A stretch of DNA of 64,000 nt, taken from assembly GCA_964590225.1 (NCBI GenBank), contig CAZPWS010000003.1:75899-139898 (forward strand), in the 5' to 3' direction. Both the position numbers and the translations under genes were made by a program. Positions 9,665-18,652 of this stretch are shown piece after piece. Source of the DNA: an uncultured Fibrobacterota bacterium (GTDB taxonomy: Bacteria; Fibrobacterota; OXYB2-FULL-49-7; JAEUSG01). Each line of letters starts with the position of its first letter. The stretch's first letter is position 1. The notes beneath the pieces are model-generated. The model saw nothing but the letters and a program-made list of their open reading frames with translations, had not been told where the DNA came from and did no database searches.

Positions 9665-11147
9665 CCGTCTCTTGCCGATTATCTTTTTCGTTTGGGGGCT
9701 TGCCTTTTCGCTTTTAATACCGGCTGATCACGAATTAAATGCGCATATTGATCGAATTAAGGCAAATGGCGATTGCCCTGAGATTGCACTCTTGAGTAAA
9801 CCATACGAAGCTGATTTGATACATGAAATACTTTTACGAAAAGGGAATATAGACGGATATCTTGGAGCCGCGATTGCACCCTATCTTTCTCAAATAGTCG
9901 AAAGTAAAAATGGTAATCTTAATCTGCTTACAGTCAACATGAAGATCTCTGCTCTGGGACACATCGGATCGAATCAGGATACCGCGCACGCAAGAGGAAT
10001 TATTGGATTAGCATATAAAACGGGTCGTTTTTCTCTTGTCGGAAGAGTATCTGGTGATTTAAGCAATGGTGTAAATCTTCCAGACAACATTGAGCGTAGG
10101 TATAAACGAAATTATCCTGCGGATATGCCCGAGTCTTATCTTTCCTACACGGGGGACCATTTTAGTTTTCTCGCTGGGAGAAACAGTTATTCATTTGGCT
10201 CTGCACAAAGTGGTTCTCTGCTGCTCGGAAATCATGGCCCATCGCTGAATGGTTTTTTTACGGAATACAAAAAGGGGTTTTTCAAAATTGAAGCTTTATC
10301 AGCAAAGCTGAATCCGGTTGGTGACACAAGCCGATGGTTTTCTGCAATGAAGCTGGCCTTTTCTGTTAATAAATATTTTAATATTGCTTTTATGCAAAGC
10401 GTTATTTATTCCGGAGTAGGACGCAGTTTTGAACCGGCCTATACTATTCCAGCTTTTGTTTATTATTTCTCGCAGTTTCAGGGAATGGAGTCTAATAAGA
10501 GAGATAATATTTTTCTCGGAATGGAAGCAGAATACAGGATTAATGGCGGCAGAATTTACGGCGAGTTCCTTGCAGATGATTTTCAGGTTGATATGGATAG
10601 CAGCTCACGATCTACTCAGAACGCCATAGCCTTTCTTTTGGGGTGTTCATTTGCAGAGCGAAATAGGCGCCCCCATCTTGCAGTTGAATTTGTAAGAATC
10701 AACAGCTATGTATATAAGCATATGGGGGGACTATCTACCAATTATCGCCTGAACAGTTATGGTGGCACCCTCGGTCATCCGCTCGGTCCCGATGCAGAAG
10801 CCTTATATCTGTTTGCGGATAAGTCGGTAGCGTATGGTACTACAATGGGTATCGAAGGTTCTCTTATGAGATTAGGGGCGCTGAATAATTTGGCTTTGGA
10901 GTGGGATGGTTACGGTAAGGCTGATCAGCCCATTCCCTCTAATCCGGTTACAACCAGATACACGCTTTGTGCAGTAGTAAAGAAGCGGTTTCTTAATAGG
11001 CTGAATATTGCATTAAAAACTGGTTGCGTTTCAGTTCGTGTTGAAGGGGCATCGGAAAATATTGATCCTTTTGTGAGAATTAATGGCGGTTGGGAAGTTT
11101 TTCATACCATTAGTTTCAAGGATAGGAGCTATTTGTGGGAAAAATAA
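9654..11147 (+). CDS. Hypothetical secreted/outer-membrane protein (possibly Wzi-like capsule-assembly beta-barrel)
   Basis: It has an N-terminal signal-like hydrophobic segment and is aromatic/Gly/Asn-rich and beta-rich. Its size (497 aa) and its position after a WecA-like gene fit Wzi-type proteins. The assignment is tentative. It overlaps the upstream gene by 11 nt. Confidence 0.45.
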   Translation: MIVSRLLPIIFFVWGLAFSLLIPADHELNAHIDRIKANGDCPEIALLSKPYEADLIHEILLRKGNIDGYLGAAIAPYLSQIVESKNGNLNLLTVNMKISALGHIGSNQDTAHARGIIGLAYKTGRFSLVGRVSGDLSNGVNLPDNIERRYKRNYPADMPESYLSYTGDHFSFLAGRNSYSFGSAQSGSLLLGNHGPSLNGFFTEYKKGFFKIEALSAKLNPVGDTSRWFSAMKLAFSVNKYFNIAFMQSVIYSGVGRSFEPAYTIPAFVYYFSQFQGMESNKRDNIFLGMEAEYRINGGRIYGEFLADDFQVDMDSSSRSTQNAIAFLLGCSFAERNRRPHLAVEFVRINSYVYKHMGGLSTNYRLNSYGGTLGHPLGPDAEALYLFADKSVAYGTTMGIEGSLMRLGALNNLALEWDGYGKADQPIPSNPVTTRYTLCAVVKKRFLNRLNIALKTGCVSVRVEGASENIDPFVRINGGWEVFHTISFKDRSYLWEK

Positions 11148-13099
11148 TCCCCGCATTTATAGCTGTAATTGTTTGTATCAAGATTGGTGCAAATGTGATT
11201 CCGTGGCCAATACCATGCAAGCCTGAAATGACTTCTGCGTTTGCAGATTTCAGAGGTAGCCATTTTCATTCTGGAATAGACATAAGAACGATGGGTAAAG
11301 TAGGTTTTCCGGTTATTGCCGAAGAAGACTGTAGTGTGGCGCGTATTGGCGTTTCTGTACGGGGATTTGGTCTTGCTCTTTATGTTTTACACGGTGACGG
11401 GACAATGCGTGTTTATGCTCATCTTGATAGATTTAATGATATTATTGACAAGTATGTTCGTGCGGCACAATATTCCGAAAAATCATACTCAATACAGCTT
11501 TATCCTAAACAGGGAGAATTTTCTTTCCGCAAAGGAGATACTCTCTGTTATACCGGCGAAACTGGAGTAGGGTATCCTCACCTTCATTACGAATACAGAA
11601 ATAAAGAACAGCAGATTATTAATCCGTTTATCAAAGGTTTGGTCGGAGTTAAGGATACAAGGCCACCGGTTATTCGTTCAATCAGTCTCCGTCCGATGGA
11701 TACGGCATCCTCTGTTAACGGCCTATTTTATCCATTAGTGGTTTCATTGGAAAAGGGGAAAGCAAAAGACTTTTCTTGCCCTGTAGTGCCATTCGTTTGG
11801 GGGAAAATTGGAATAGGTGTCAGAGAGGAAGATTATGCGGATGCTTCGAACCACTCGTACAACTCAAATACTGTTCGCCTCTTTGTTAATAATGTTAAAA
11901 AGTTTGAATTCAAGAGCGACTCTTTCGCTTTTCACGAAACAAGGCAGATAGATCTTGCGTATGATCTAAATATTAGCATGGCAGGAAATGGAGCGCATCT
12001 TGCTCTATATATTGACGAAGGCAACAGGTTGGGTTTCTATGGCAGCCAAAAGTTGCATGATGGTATTGTTGACTTTACTCAGTATAATGGTCTTGCTATT
12101 TCGGATACTCATGAAATTAAAATCGAGGTCGTCGATTTCTGGGGAAATATGTCAACTGGAGTTATGCGTGTTAAAGTTGGCACCACTGTTGTTCCGCAAA
12201 AAATCGAATCATCCATAAACGCCCATCGCGGTACGCTTCTAATTCCTGGCCACTTAAATTCTAAAGAGACACCGCCAGCTATAAGTTTTCTATTTAATGG
12301 CGCGGAAGCGCAATGCCAAGCGGTTTCAAATGGTGTAGGGAGGTGGTTTGCTAATTTTGCACCTCCATTCAAAGGATTTGGTGAGTTAATAATAAAAAAA
12401 GTATCAAGTAGTGTGGATACTGTGTTATGGCGATCGTCGGCACTGTTTTTTGATGGTTCTGTTGCTGGCAGGGATACTCTCTATAGTGATGACAGGAAAT
12501 TTTATGTGGTGGCTGATAAGGAAAAAATAATTCATAGGCATGTTATGTGGATCGAGAAAGGTTCTCATTCGATTCGTAATAGAAAAGAACTTTTTTTCCC
12601 TGATAGTAATGCGTATCTGCTAAAGCCAGACGCGATTTATACGGAAAAAAATATTTCTGTTTCACTTAAGTCAAATAAGATAAAAGGCATGGCCTTGTAT
12701 GTTGTTGATAGGAAAGGCGGCATTTCTTTTTTGTCGGATAATTACGATAACATAAGTAAGACATATCATGGAGGAATTCGAAGGCCATCAACGATTGTTC
12801 TCGGGGTTGACACAGTACCGCCAGCCATTAGTTTTGCTGCACCCAAAAAGGTAGCTGGAACTTCGATAGACCGAAAAATAAAAGTAAAAGTTAAAGATGA
12901 TGGTTCAGGAATCGAATCCGACAAGAGTATTGTTACCAAGATAGATGGTAAGTGGGTGCTTAACGCATATGATTTTGAGAGTGATTTGATAGAGATAGAA
13001 ATCCCGGCCTTTATTACAGGAGGTAGGCATAAATTATCCGTACAAGTGCGCGACCGTGTCGGTAATGAAAATGTTAAAGTACTTCATTTCGACAATTGA
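11135..13099 (+). CDS. M23-family metallopeptidase (LytM domain) with a long C-terminal beta-rich extension
   Basis: HSGIDI (HxxxD) and PHLHYEY (HxH) zinc-binding motifs of M23 peptidases sit near the N-terminus. They are followed by ~450 aa with no recognisable domain. Confidence 0.8.
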   Translation: MGKIIPAFIAVIVCIKIGANVIPWPIPCKPEMTSAFADFRGSHFHSGIDIRTMGKVGFPVIAEEDCSVARIGVSVRGFGLALYVLHGDGTMRVYAHLDRFNDIIDKYVRAAQYSEKSYSIQLYPKQGEFSFRKGDTLCYTGETGVGYPHLHYEYRNKEQQIINPFIKGLVGVKDTRPPVIRSISLRPMDTASSVNGLFYPLVVSLEKGKAKDFSCPVVPFVWGKIGIGVREEDYADASNHSYNSNTVRLFVNNVKKFEFKSDSFAFHETRQIDLAYDLNISMAGNGAHLALYIDEGNRLGFYGSQKLHDGIVDFTQYNGLAISDTHEIKIEVVDFWGNMSTGVMRVKVGTTVVPQKIESSINAHRGTLLIPGHLNSKETPPAISFLFNGAEAQCQAVSNGVGRWFANFAPPFKGFGELIIKKVSSSVDTVLWRSSALFFDGSVAGRDTLYSDDRKFYVVADKEKIIHRHVMWIEKGSHSIRNRKELFFPDSNAYLLKPDAIYTEKNISVSLKSNKIKGMALYVVDRKGGISFLSDNYDNISKTYHGGIRRPSTIVLGVDTVPPAISFAAPKKVAGTSIDRKIKVKVKDDGSGIESDKSIVTKIDGKWVLNAYDFESDLIEIEIPAFITGGRHKLSVQVRDRVGNENVKVLHFDN

Positions 13100-14090
13100 G
13101 TTTGTTGCGCTGCTATTATTGTTGGTAACGGTATCTTTTGCCGGAGAATTGTCCGATCCTTTATATAATGATGAGATTATTGTAGGGATGGATGCTATTT
13201 TATCGCAGCAATTTGGCAAAGCAAAGAAAGTGGCGGCAAAAATGGTTATGGAAAATCCACGCAGCCCAGCCGGCCATTTTCTTCTGGCCACTTGCCTTTC
13301 TGCTGAGTATTACGATACTTCCGACACCTCAATAGTCCGTGAAATGCACTTGGTGGCTAATAAGGTTCTATCGCTTACGGAAGGGGATAAGTCCCCAGTC
13401 TCTCTTCTCTACCGTGGGGCAGTTTATGCGTATAGTTCTGTAGTTCTGGCAAAGGAAGATCGGTGGTTTGTGGGTGCACGACAGGGCAAGAAATCAGCTG
13501 ATATTTTCAAGTCAATGGTTAAAGCGAGAGTTGTATCATCTGATGCGCATGGTATGCTGGGGGCCTATTACTACTGGACATCTGCTTTTATTCATAAGTT
13601 CGCATGGCTTCCATTTATACAAGATAAACGGGACGAAGGCATAAAGCTCATAGAAAAATCTATAGATCATTCGAAATATATGAAGTTTGCTTTAATAAAC
13701 TCGCTTTTGTGGATATACTATGACCATGGGAAATATAATAAGGCGCTTAAATTATGTGAAAAAGTATTAACTGATTATCCAGGGCATAGAATATTCCTGC
13801 AGGCAAAAATGCATATCCTGTATAAGAAAGGTGATTATAATGCTTCGCGCGATATAGCAATTAAGCTAATAAAAGAGTGGAAAGATAAAGAAGTTATTCC
13901 TGTAAATATGCTGAATGTTAAAATCAAGCTTGCAATAATTTATTACAGTATGGGAAAAAAAGAGCTGGCAACACCTCTCGCGCTTGAGGCTTTAAAATAT
14001 CGTAACAACAAATATGTCAATATGAGGTTGTCCAAGGAATTTGGTTATCTTGCTGATGCTGCGAAAGACAACAAACAGGAGATTTTTTGA
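13056..14090 (+). CDS. Hypothetical secreted protein, alpha-helical (TPR-like)
   Basis: It has a signal peptide (FVALLLLLVTVSFA) and a helical repeat-like composition. It overlaps the M23 gene's end and the nadB start. No specific family recognised. Confidence 0.5.
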   Translation: MSVMKMLKYFISTIEFVALLLLLVTVSFAGELSDPLYNDEIIVGMDAILSQQFGKAKKVAAKMVMENPRSPAGHFLLATCLSAEYYDTSDTSIVREMHLVANKVLSLTEGDKSPVSLLYRGAVYAYSSVVLAKEDRWFVGARQGKKSADIFKSMVKARVVSSDAHGMLGAYYYWTSAFIHKFAWLPFIQDKRDEGIKLIEKSIDHSKYMKFALINSLLWIYYDHGKYNKALKLCEKVLTDYPGHRIFLQAKMHILYKKGDYNASRDIAIKLIKEWKDKEVIPVNMLNVKIKLAIIYYSMGKKELATPLALEALKYRNNKYVNMRLSKEFGYLADAAKDNKQEIF

Positions 14091-15685
14091 TGCGTTCATT
14101 TGACTATCTCGTTATAGGAAGCGGCGTTGCCGGGCTGACCTTTGCGCTAAAAGCAAGCCTTTATGGTTCTGTTTGCATATTAACAAAAAAGGAAGCTGCC
14201 GATTCCAATACCAATAATGCCCAAGGTGGTATCGCCTCTGTATTTGCCGAAAACGACTCTTTCGAAAACCACATTAAGGATACACTTGAGGCCGGCGCCG
14301 GGCTATGCAATGAGAAAATGGTTCGGATAATGGTCGAAGAGGGGCCTCGTGCCATTATGGATCTTGTTGATTGGGGTACATCTTTTACGGGTTTTGCTAA
14401 AACGGGGGGAAAGGCTTTTTTTGATCTTGGCAGGGAGGGTGGCCATGGTAAAAACCGAATAATTCATGCCAAAGATTTAACGGGCAGAGAGATTGAACGG
14501 GCACTATTGAACAGTGTCGCAAGCAGGAGTAATATAACAGTATTGACCGGCTATACTTGTGTTGAATTATTGACAGAGCACCAGTTGGGAGCAACGGAAA
14601 GTCATGAATGCTATGGTGTGTATGCCTATTCTAACAGAAGCAGAAGTGTTGAAATTTTTACTGCGAAAGCTACCGTTCTTGCGACGGGAGGGGCGGGCAG
14701 AATTTATAAACATACTACCAATCCCGAAATAGCAACTGGAGATGGTGTGGCGATTGCTCATAGGGCAGGTGCGGCTGTAGCAAATATGGAGTTTATGCAG
14801 TTTCATCCAACAACTCTTTATCATCCGAAGGCCGCCTCTTTTTTAATAACAGAAGCGCTCCGTGGCTTTGGTGCGGTGCTTAGAAACGAAGCGGGTGGCG
14901 ATTTTATGAGCTCTTTCCATAAGATGGGGTCTCTTGCACCACGGGATATTGTCGCGCGGGCAATTGATATGGAACTTAAAAAGAAAGGCGTTAGTTGTGT
15001 ATATCTTGACGCTACTCATTTAGATAAGAACGAATTGAAATGCCGTTTTCCCTATATTTACGCTACCTGTCTTGAGTATGGTATAAATATGACAAGAGAT
15101 TATATACCCGTAGTACCGGCTGCACATTATCTCTGTGGTGGCGTAGTTGTTGATGAGTGGTCGCGAGCAACCAACCTAAAGAGGCTTTACGCTTGTGGAG
15201 AGGTTTCGCATACGGGAGTGCATGGGGCAAACCGTCTTGCGAGCAATTCACTGCTTGAAGCGGTTGTTTTCGCCAAAAGGGCTGCCATTGATGCTGAACA
15301 GTGGGTAAATATATCCTCTCCAGCGAGAGAAAAGGTTTTTCCTGACTGGGATGATTCTGGAACTTATGATCCTGGTTTAAGAATTGAGCTTGTTCACGAC
15401 CGCGCGGAAATACAGACTATTATGTGGGATTATGTTGGTATTGCGAGGACCGAGCAGCTTCTTCAAAGGGCTATGCGCAGACTTGAAACAATTTCTTCTG
15501 AGCTCGAAGAATATTATAAAAAAATCCGCATCAGTGAGGAGTTGCTTGAGGTACGCAATATGGCAAAAACAGCAAGGCTTGTTGTAAAATGTGCTTTAAT
15601 GCGACACGAAAGCAGGGGGCTTCACTATAACTTGGACTATCCGGATAAAGATGATATTAATTATGTGAGTGACACAATTGTTTGA
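14087..15685 (+). CDS. nadB: L-aspartate oxidase
   Basis: There is collinear similarity to E. coli NadB: N-terminal FAD-binding motif DYLVIGSGVAGL, then REGGH, RDIVARAID, MWDYVGI and ESRGLHY. Confidence 0.93.
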   Translation: MMRSFDYLVIGSGVAGLTFALKASLYGSVCILTKKEAADSNTNNAQGGIASVFAENDSFENHIKDTLEAGAGLCNEKMVRIMVEEGPRAIMDLVDWGTSFTGFAKTGGKAFFDLGREGGHGKNRIIHAKDLTGREIERALLNSVASRSNITVLTGYTCVELLTEHQLGATESHECYGVYAYSNRSRSVEIFTAKATVLATGGAGRIYKHTTNPEIATGDGVAIAHRAGAAVANMEFMQFHPTTLYHPKAASFLITEALRGFGAVLRNEAGGDFMSSFHKMGSLAPRDIVARAIDMELKKKGVSCVYLDATHLDKNELKCRFPYIYATCLEYGINMTRDYIPVVPAAHYLCGGVVVDEWSRATNLKRLYACGEVSHTGVHGANRLASNSLLEAVVFAKRAAIDAEQWVNISSPAREKVFPDWDDSGTYDPGLRIELVHDRAEIQTIMWDYVGIARTEQLLQRAMRRLETISSELEEYYKKIRISEELLEVRNMAKTARLVVKCALMRHESRGLHYNLDYPDKDDINYVSDTIV

Positions 15686-16863
15686 GTGATAAATTACAAA
15701 TGGCTAATGCAATTATAATACTACTTATTTTTCTTGCCGCTGCATATACGCTTATACACCTTTTCTTTCATAAAGGGCTTTCATCGATTGCTGTTCCTGA
15801 GTCCAACGAAAAGCCTTTTTTTTCTGTTATTATCGCGGCCCGTAATGAGGAAGCAAACATCAAAAAATGTATCGAAAGAATTCTGGCGCAAAGCTATCCA
15901 TCAAACAAGTTTGAAATAATAGTTGCTGACGACCGTTCCACGGATTCCACCGCTGCTATTATTGAGTCTTGTGCTTCTATCGACAAAAGAATCCGGCTTG
16001 TAAAAATTGGGAATTGTCCGGTTGGAGTATCGCCCAAAAAGAATGCCGTCTCTGAGGCCGTCTCGTATGCACGGGGTGAAGTTTTGCTATTCACAGATGC
16101 TGATTCCACTGTGCCGTCTGGTTGGATGGAATGCATGGCCAGCCACCTTGCGCCAGATACAGATTTTGTATCAGGATTGACAAAATTTTATAAAACTGGA
16201 ACGGTTTCAGATGTATGGTTTAATCTTCAACAGACAGATTTTCTTTCACATGGAATAGTTTCTGCTGCCGCAATTTCTGCCGGACTACCATTAAACACGA
16301 ATGCAAATAATCTCGCAGTAAGGCGTTTATCGTTTAATAAAGTAAATGGATATAGGGGGGTTGAATGCGTTGTTTCTGGTGATGATGACTTATTATTGCA
16401 AAGATTAAAAAAAGCAGGTGGCAAGGTCAAGTTTGCGGCTTCGCCACTTGCAGCTGTGGAAACAAAGGCAGCAGCTAATTTACGGGAATGGTGGGAGCAG
16501 CGGAAACGGTGGAGTTCAAAAACGGTGTATTACGACAGGAAGGCAGTTTTTTTACTTTCGTTTGTCTTTTCATATTATCTCTTAATTTTTACTGCTGTTT
16601 TTTTATCCCTCTTAATCGATGGCTTGTTTTATTATGGAATTATTGCATTTGTGCATAAAACAATTCTCGACGCATTTCTTTATTTTAGAGGGTGCTCTTT
16701 ATTGAAATGTAAATTGAGAGGCTATTGGTTCTGGCTTTTGGCTCCTTTACATATCCCAATAATAGTATTTGCGGTTTTATTTGGAGTATTTGGCCGATTC
16801 AGATGGAAAGATGGTAGGGTAAGCAGAAAGTTGGCTGTTTCTGTAGGAGCAAGTAAATGTTAA
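15682..16863 (+). CDS. Family 2 glycosyltransferase of the processive (QxxRW) synthase type with C-terminal TM helices
   Basis: It has an N-terminal TM helix and a GT-A domain with DxD (TDAD) and the Q-R-K-R-W motif (EQRKRWSSK), followed by three or four C-terminal TM helices. The architecture resembles NodC, PgaC and cellulose synthase, and also ceramide glucosyltransferases. Confidence 0.85.
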   Translation: MSDKLQMANAIIILLIFLAAAYTLIHLFFHKGLSSIAVPESNEKPFFSVIIAARNEEANIKKCIERILAQSYPSNKFEIIVADDRSTDSTAAIIESCASIDKRIRLVKIGNCPVGVSPKKNAVSEAVSYARGEVLLFTDADSTVPSGWMECMASHLAPDTDFVSGLTKFYKTGTVSDVWFNLQQTDFLSHGIVSAAAISAGLPLNTNANNLAVRRLSFNKVNGYRGVECVVSGDDDLLLQRLKKAGGKVKFAASPLAAVETKAAANLREWWEQRKRWSSKTVYYDRKAVFLLSFVFSYYLLIFTAVFLSLLIDGLFYYGIIAFVHKTILDAFLYFRGCSLLKCKLRGYWFWLLAPLHIPIIVFAVLFGVFGRFRWKDGRVSRKLAVSVGASKC

Positions 16864-17816
16864 GGCGGCTTTCTTTTCTAAAATATGCTCGTGTTGCAAA
16901 GGCGCTTGCACGAAATATGGCGGCGAGGGAAAATATTTATCCTTTTTATGCATCATTCAAGCTTACCAGAAAATGTCACTTTTCGTGCCGTTTTTGTAAT
17001 GTGAAAAACAATGATTTAATAGATATGCCAACCGGAAAAATAAAGCGTGTTATGGATAACCTTTCCCAGTCAAGTGCGATTTTGGTGAGTTTTGAAGGAG
17101 GCGAGCCTCTTCTTCGAAAAGATGTTGGGGAGCTGCTTAAATATGCGCGAACAAAAGACTTTTACCTCCTATTTACCACAAGCGAAAGACATCTTGAGCG
17201 CTATCCTATGAAAGAGTATGCGAAATGTATCGATTTTTTGCATGTGTCTATCGATGAAGGCCATAATAATATGGAATTGTTTGATCGCTTGGGAGAATTC
17301 GCTTCGTACGGAACAAGACTTTCTGTTCAAATTGTTGTTGAAAAAAACACTCTTTCTGATTTGGCGAAAAAGATAGATTTGTGCAGCAAGGTAAAGGCCA
17401 ATGCAGTTATTATGCCCGCTGTAAATCTTGACGAGACTAACGATTTTTTTCCTGATCTGGTACTTTTTGAGGAGGAGATAGCACGATTAAGAAAACTGTA
17501 TCCATCCACAATTTATACCCCGAAAGGATATTTTAAAGCTGTTAGAGATGGAAAATGTTCTACCGCGTCCGTTGTAATTGATTCGGATGGCTTTTTATTC
17601 TATCCCTGCCATATTATTGGAGAAAAGTTGATTGATCTTTCTGAAGTTGATTTAATGGATTGGCTTAAAAGTGATTCGGCAAGAAGCGGGAGAGCAGATA
17701 TGCACGCTTGCATGCGTAAGTGTGGGTGGTTTCAATACTTTTCTATTACTGATTTTACCTCTCCGATAAGCGTTTTTAATGCAATAAGCCCCCTCTTAAA
17801 AAGAGGATTGCCGTGA
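16857..17816 (+). CDS. Radical SAM protein (possible C-terminal auxiliary-cluster/twitch-like Cys region)
   Basis: CHFSCRFC (Cx3Cx2C) lies at residues ~40-47, with a GGEPLL SAM-binding motif. Cys residues near the C-terminus (PCHIIG...HACMRKCGW) may bind an auxiliary cluster. It overlaps the GT2 stop. Confidence 0.8.
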   Translation: MLRRLSFLKYARVAKALARNMAARENIYPFYASFKLTRKCHFSCRFCNVKNNDLIDMPTGKIKRVMDNLSQSSAILVSFEGGEPLLRKDVGELLKYARTKDFYLLFTTSERHLERYPMKEYAKCIDFLHVSIDEGHNNMELFDRLGEFASYGTRLSVQIVVEKNTLSDLAKKIDLCSKVKANAVIMPAVNLDETNDFFPDLVLFEEEIARLRKLYPSTIYTPKGYFKAVRDGKCSTASVVIDSDGFLFYPCHIIGEKLIDLSEVDLMDWLKSDSARSGRADMHACMRKCGWFQYFSITDFTSPISVFNAISPLLKRGLP

Positions 17817-18565
17817 AATTGATATTTCTTGGAACGGGTTCTTCGTCTGGTACTCCGGTTCCTGGATGCGAATGTGCCGTCTGTTTGTCAAAATCAGACA
17901 AAGATAAGCGTAACCGTCCTGCTGTACTCTTTGAAAAAAATGGAAAAACACTTTTAATAGATGCTCCGCAGGAACTGAGGCTTCAGCTTGTTAGGCATAG
18001 TGTAAAGAATGTTCATGCTATGCTCATTACTCATTGCCATGCTGATCATGTGTATGGACTCGACGACATAAGAATCTTTTCCCGTTTTCGTAAAATTCCG
18101 CTACATGCCGATATAACTGCCATAAACGAACTAAAAAAAATATTTCCTTATGTATTTGTTCGAACGCAAAAGGCTGGTGGTAAGCCTCGGATTAAACTTA
18201 ATACAGTTAATTCTTCTTTTGTTACTAATGGATTTAATGTTACCCCATTGCCTGTTTTTCACGGCAATAAAAAAATATCGGGCTGGCGTATTGACAATGT
18301 CGCCTACATGCCGGATGTCAGCAGAATTCCTCCTTCAACCTTCCGGCTGCTTGGGGGTTTGCGTCTGCTTGTTATCGATGCTCTTCGGCATGAGCCTCAT
18401 CCAACCCATATTACAATCGATAATGCCATAGAGATAAGCAGGTTAATTTCTCCAGAACAGACTATCTTTACCCATATAAGCCATAATCTCCCTCACGCAT
18501 TAACAAACAGATCGCTTCCCCGAAGAGTTATGCTTGCATACGATGGTCTTGTGGTGAATGTGTAA
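17813..18565 (+). CDS. MBL-fold metallo-hydrolase, PhnP/PqqB-like (cyclic phosphodiesterase family)
   Basis: GTGSSSGTPVPGCECAVC closely parallels the PhnP N-terminal motif GTGGAQGVPAWGCECAAC. THCHADHVYGL is the HxHxDH metal site, and the C-terminal motif is THISHN. It shares a 4-nt overlap with the rSAM gene. Confidence 0.85.
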   Translation: MKLIFLGTGSSSGTPVPGCECAVCLSKSDKDKRNRPAVLFEKNGKTLLIDAPQELRLQLVRHSVKNVHAMLITHCHADHVYGLDDIRIFSRFRKIPLHADITAINELKKIFPYVFVRTQKAGGKPRIKLNTVNSSFVTNGFNVTPLPVFHGNKKISGWRIDNVAYMPDVSRIPPSTFRLLGGLRLLVIDALRHEPHPTHITIDNAIEISRLISPEQTIFTHISHNLPHALTNRSLPRRVMLAYDGLVVNV

Positions 18566-18652
18566 TTTTTTGTATGTAGTTAAACACTGTATCGAAAAGA
18601 AAATACAGAATCTTATTTCGGCCTTAGCCGATTTAGTGGAGGAATTGTTATA

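Noticed and set aside
18614-18630. Small TCGGC-CTTA-GCCGA hairpin after the MBL hydrolase gene
   Set aside because: The stem is 5 bp with only a 3-T tail, which is insufficient for a confident intrinsic terminator. It may still mark the operon end.
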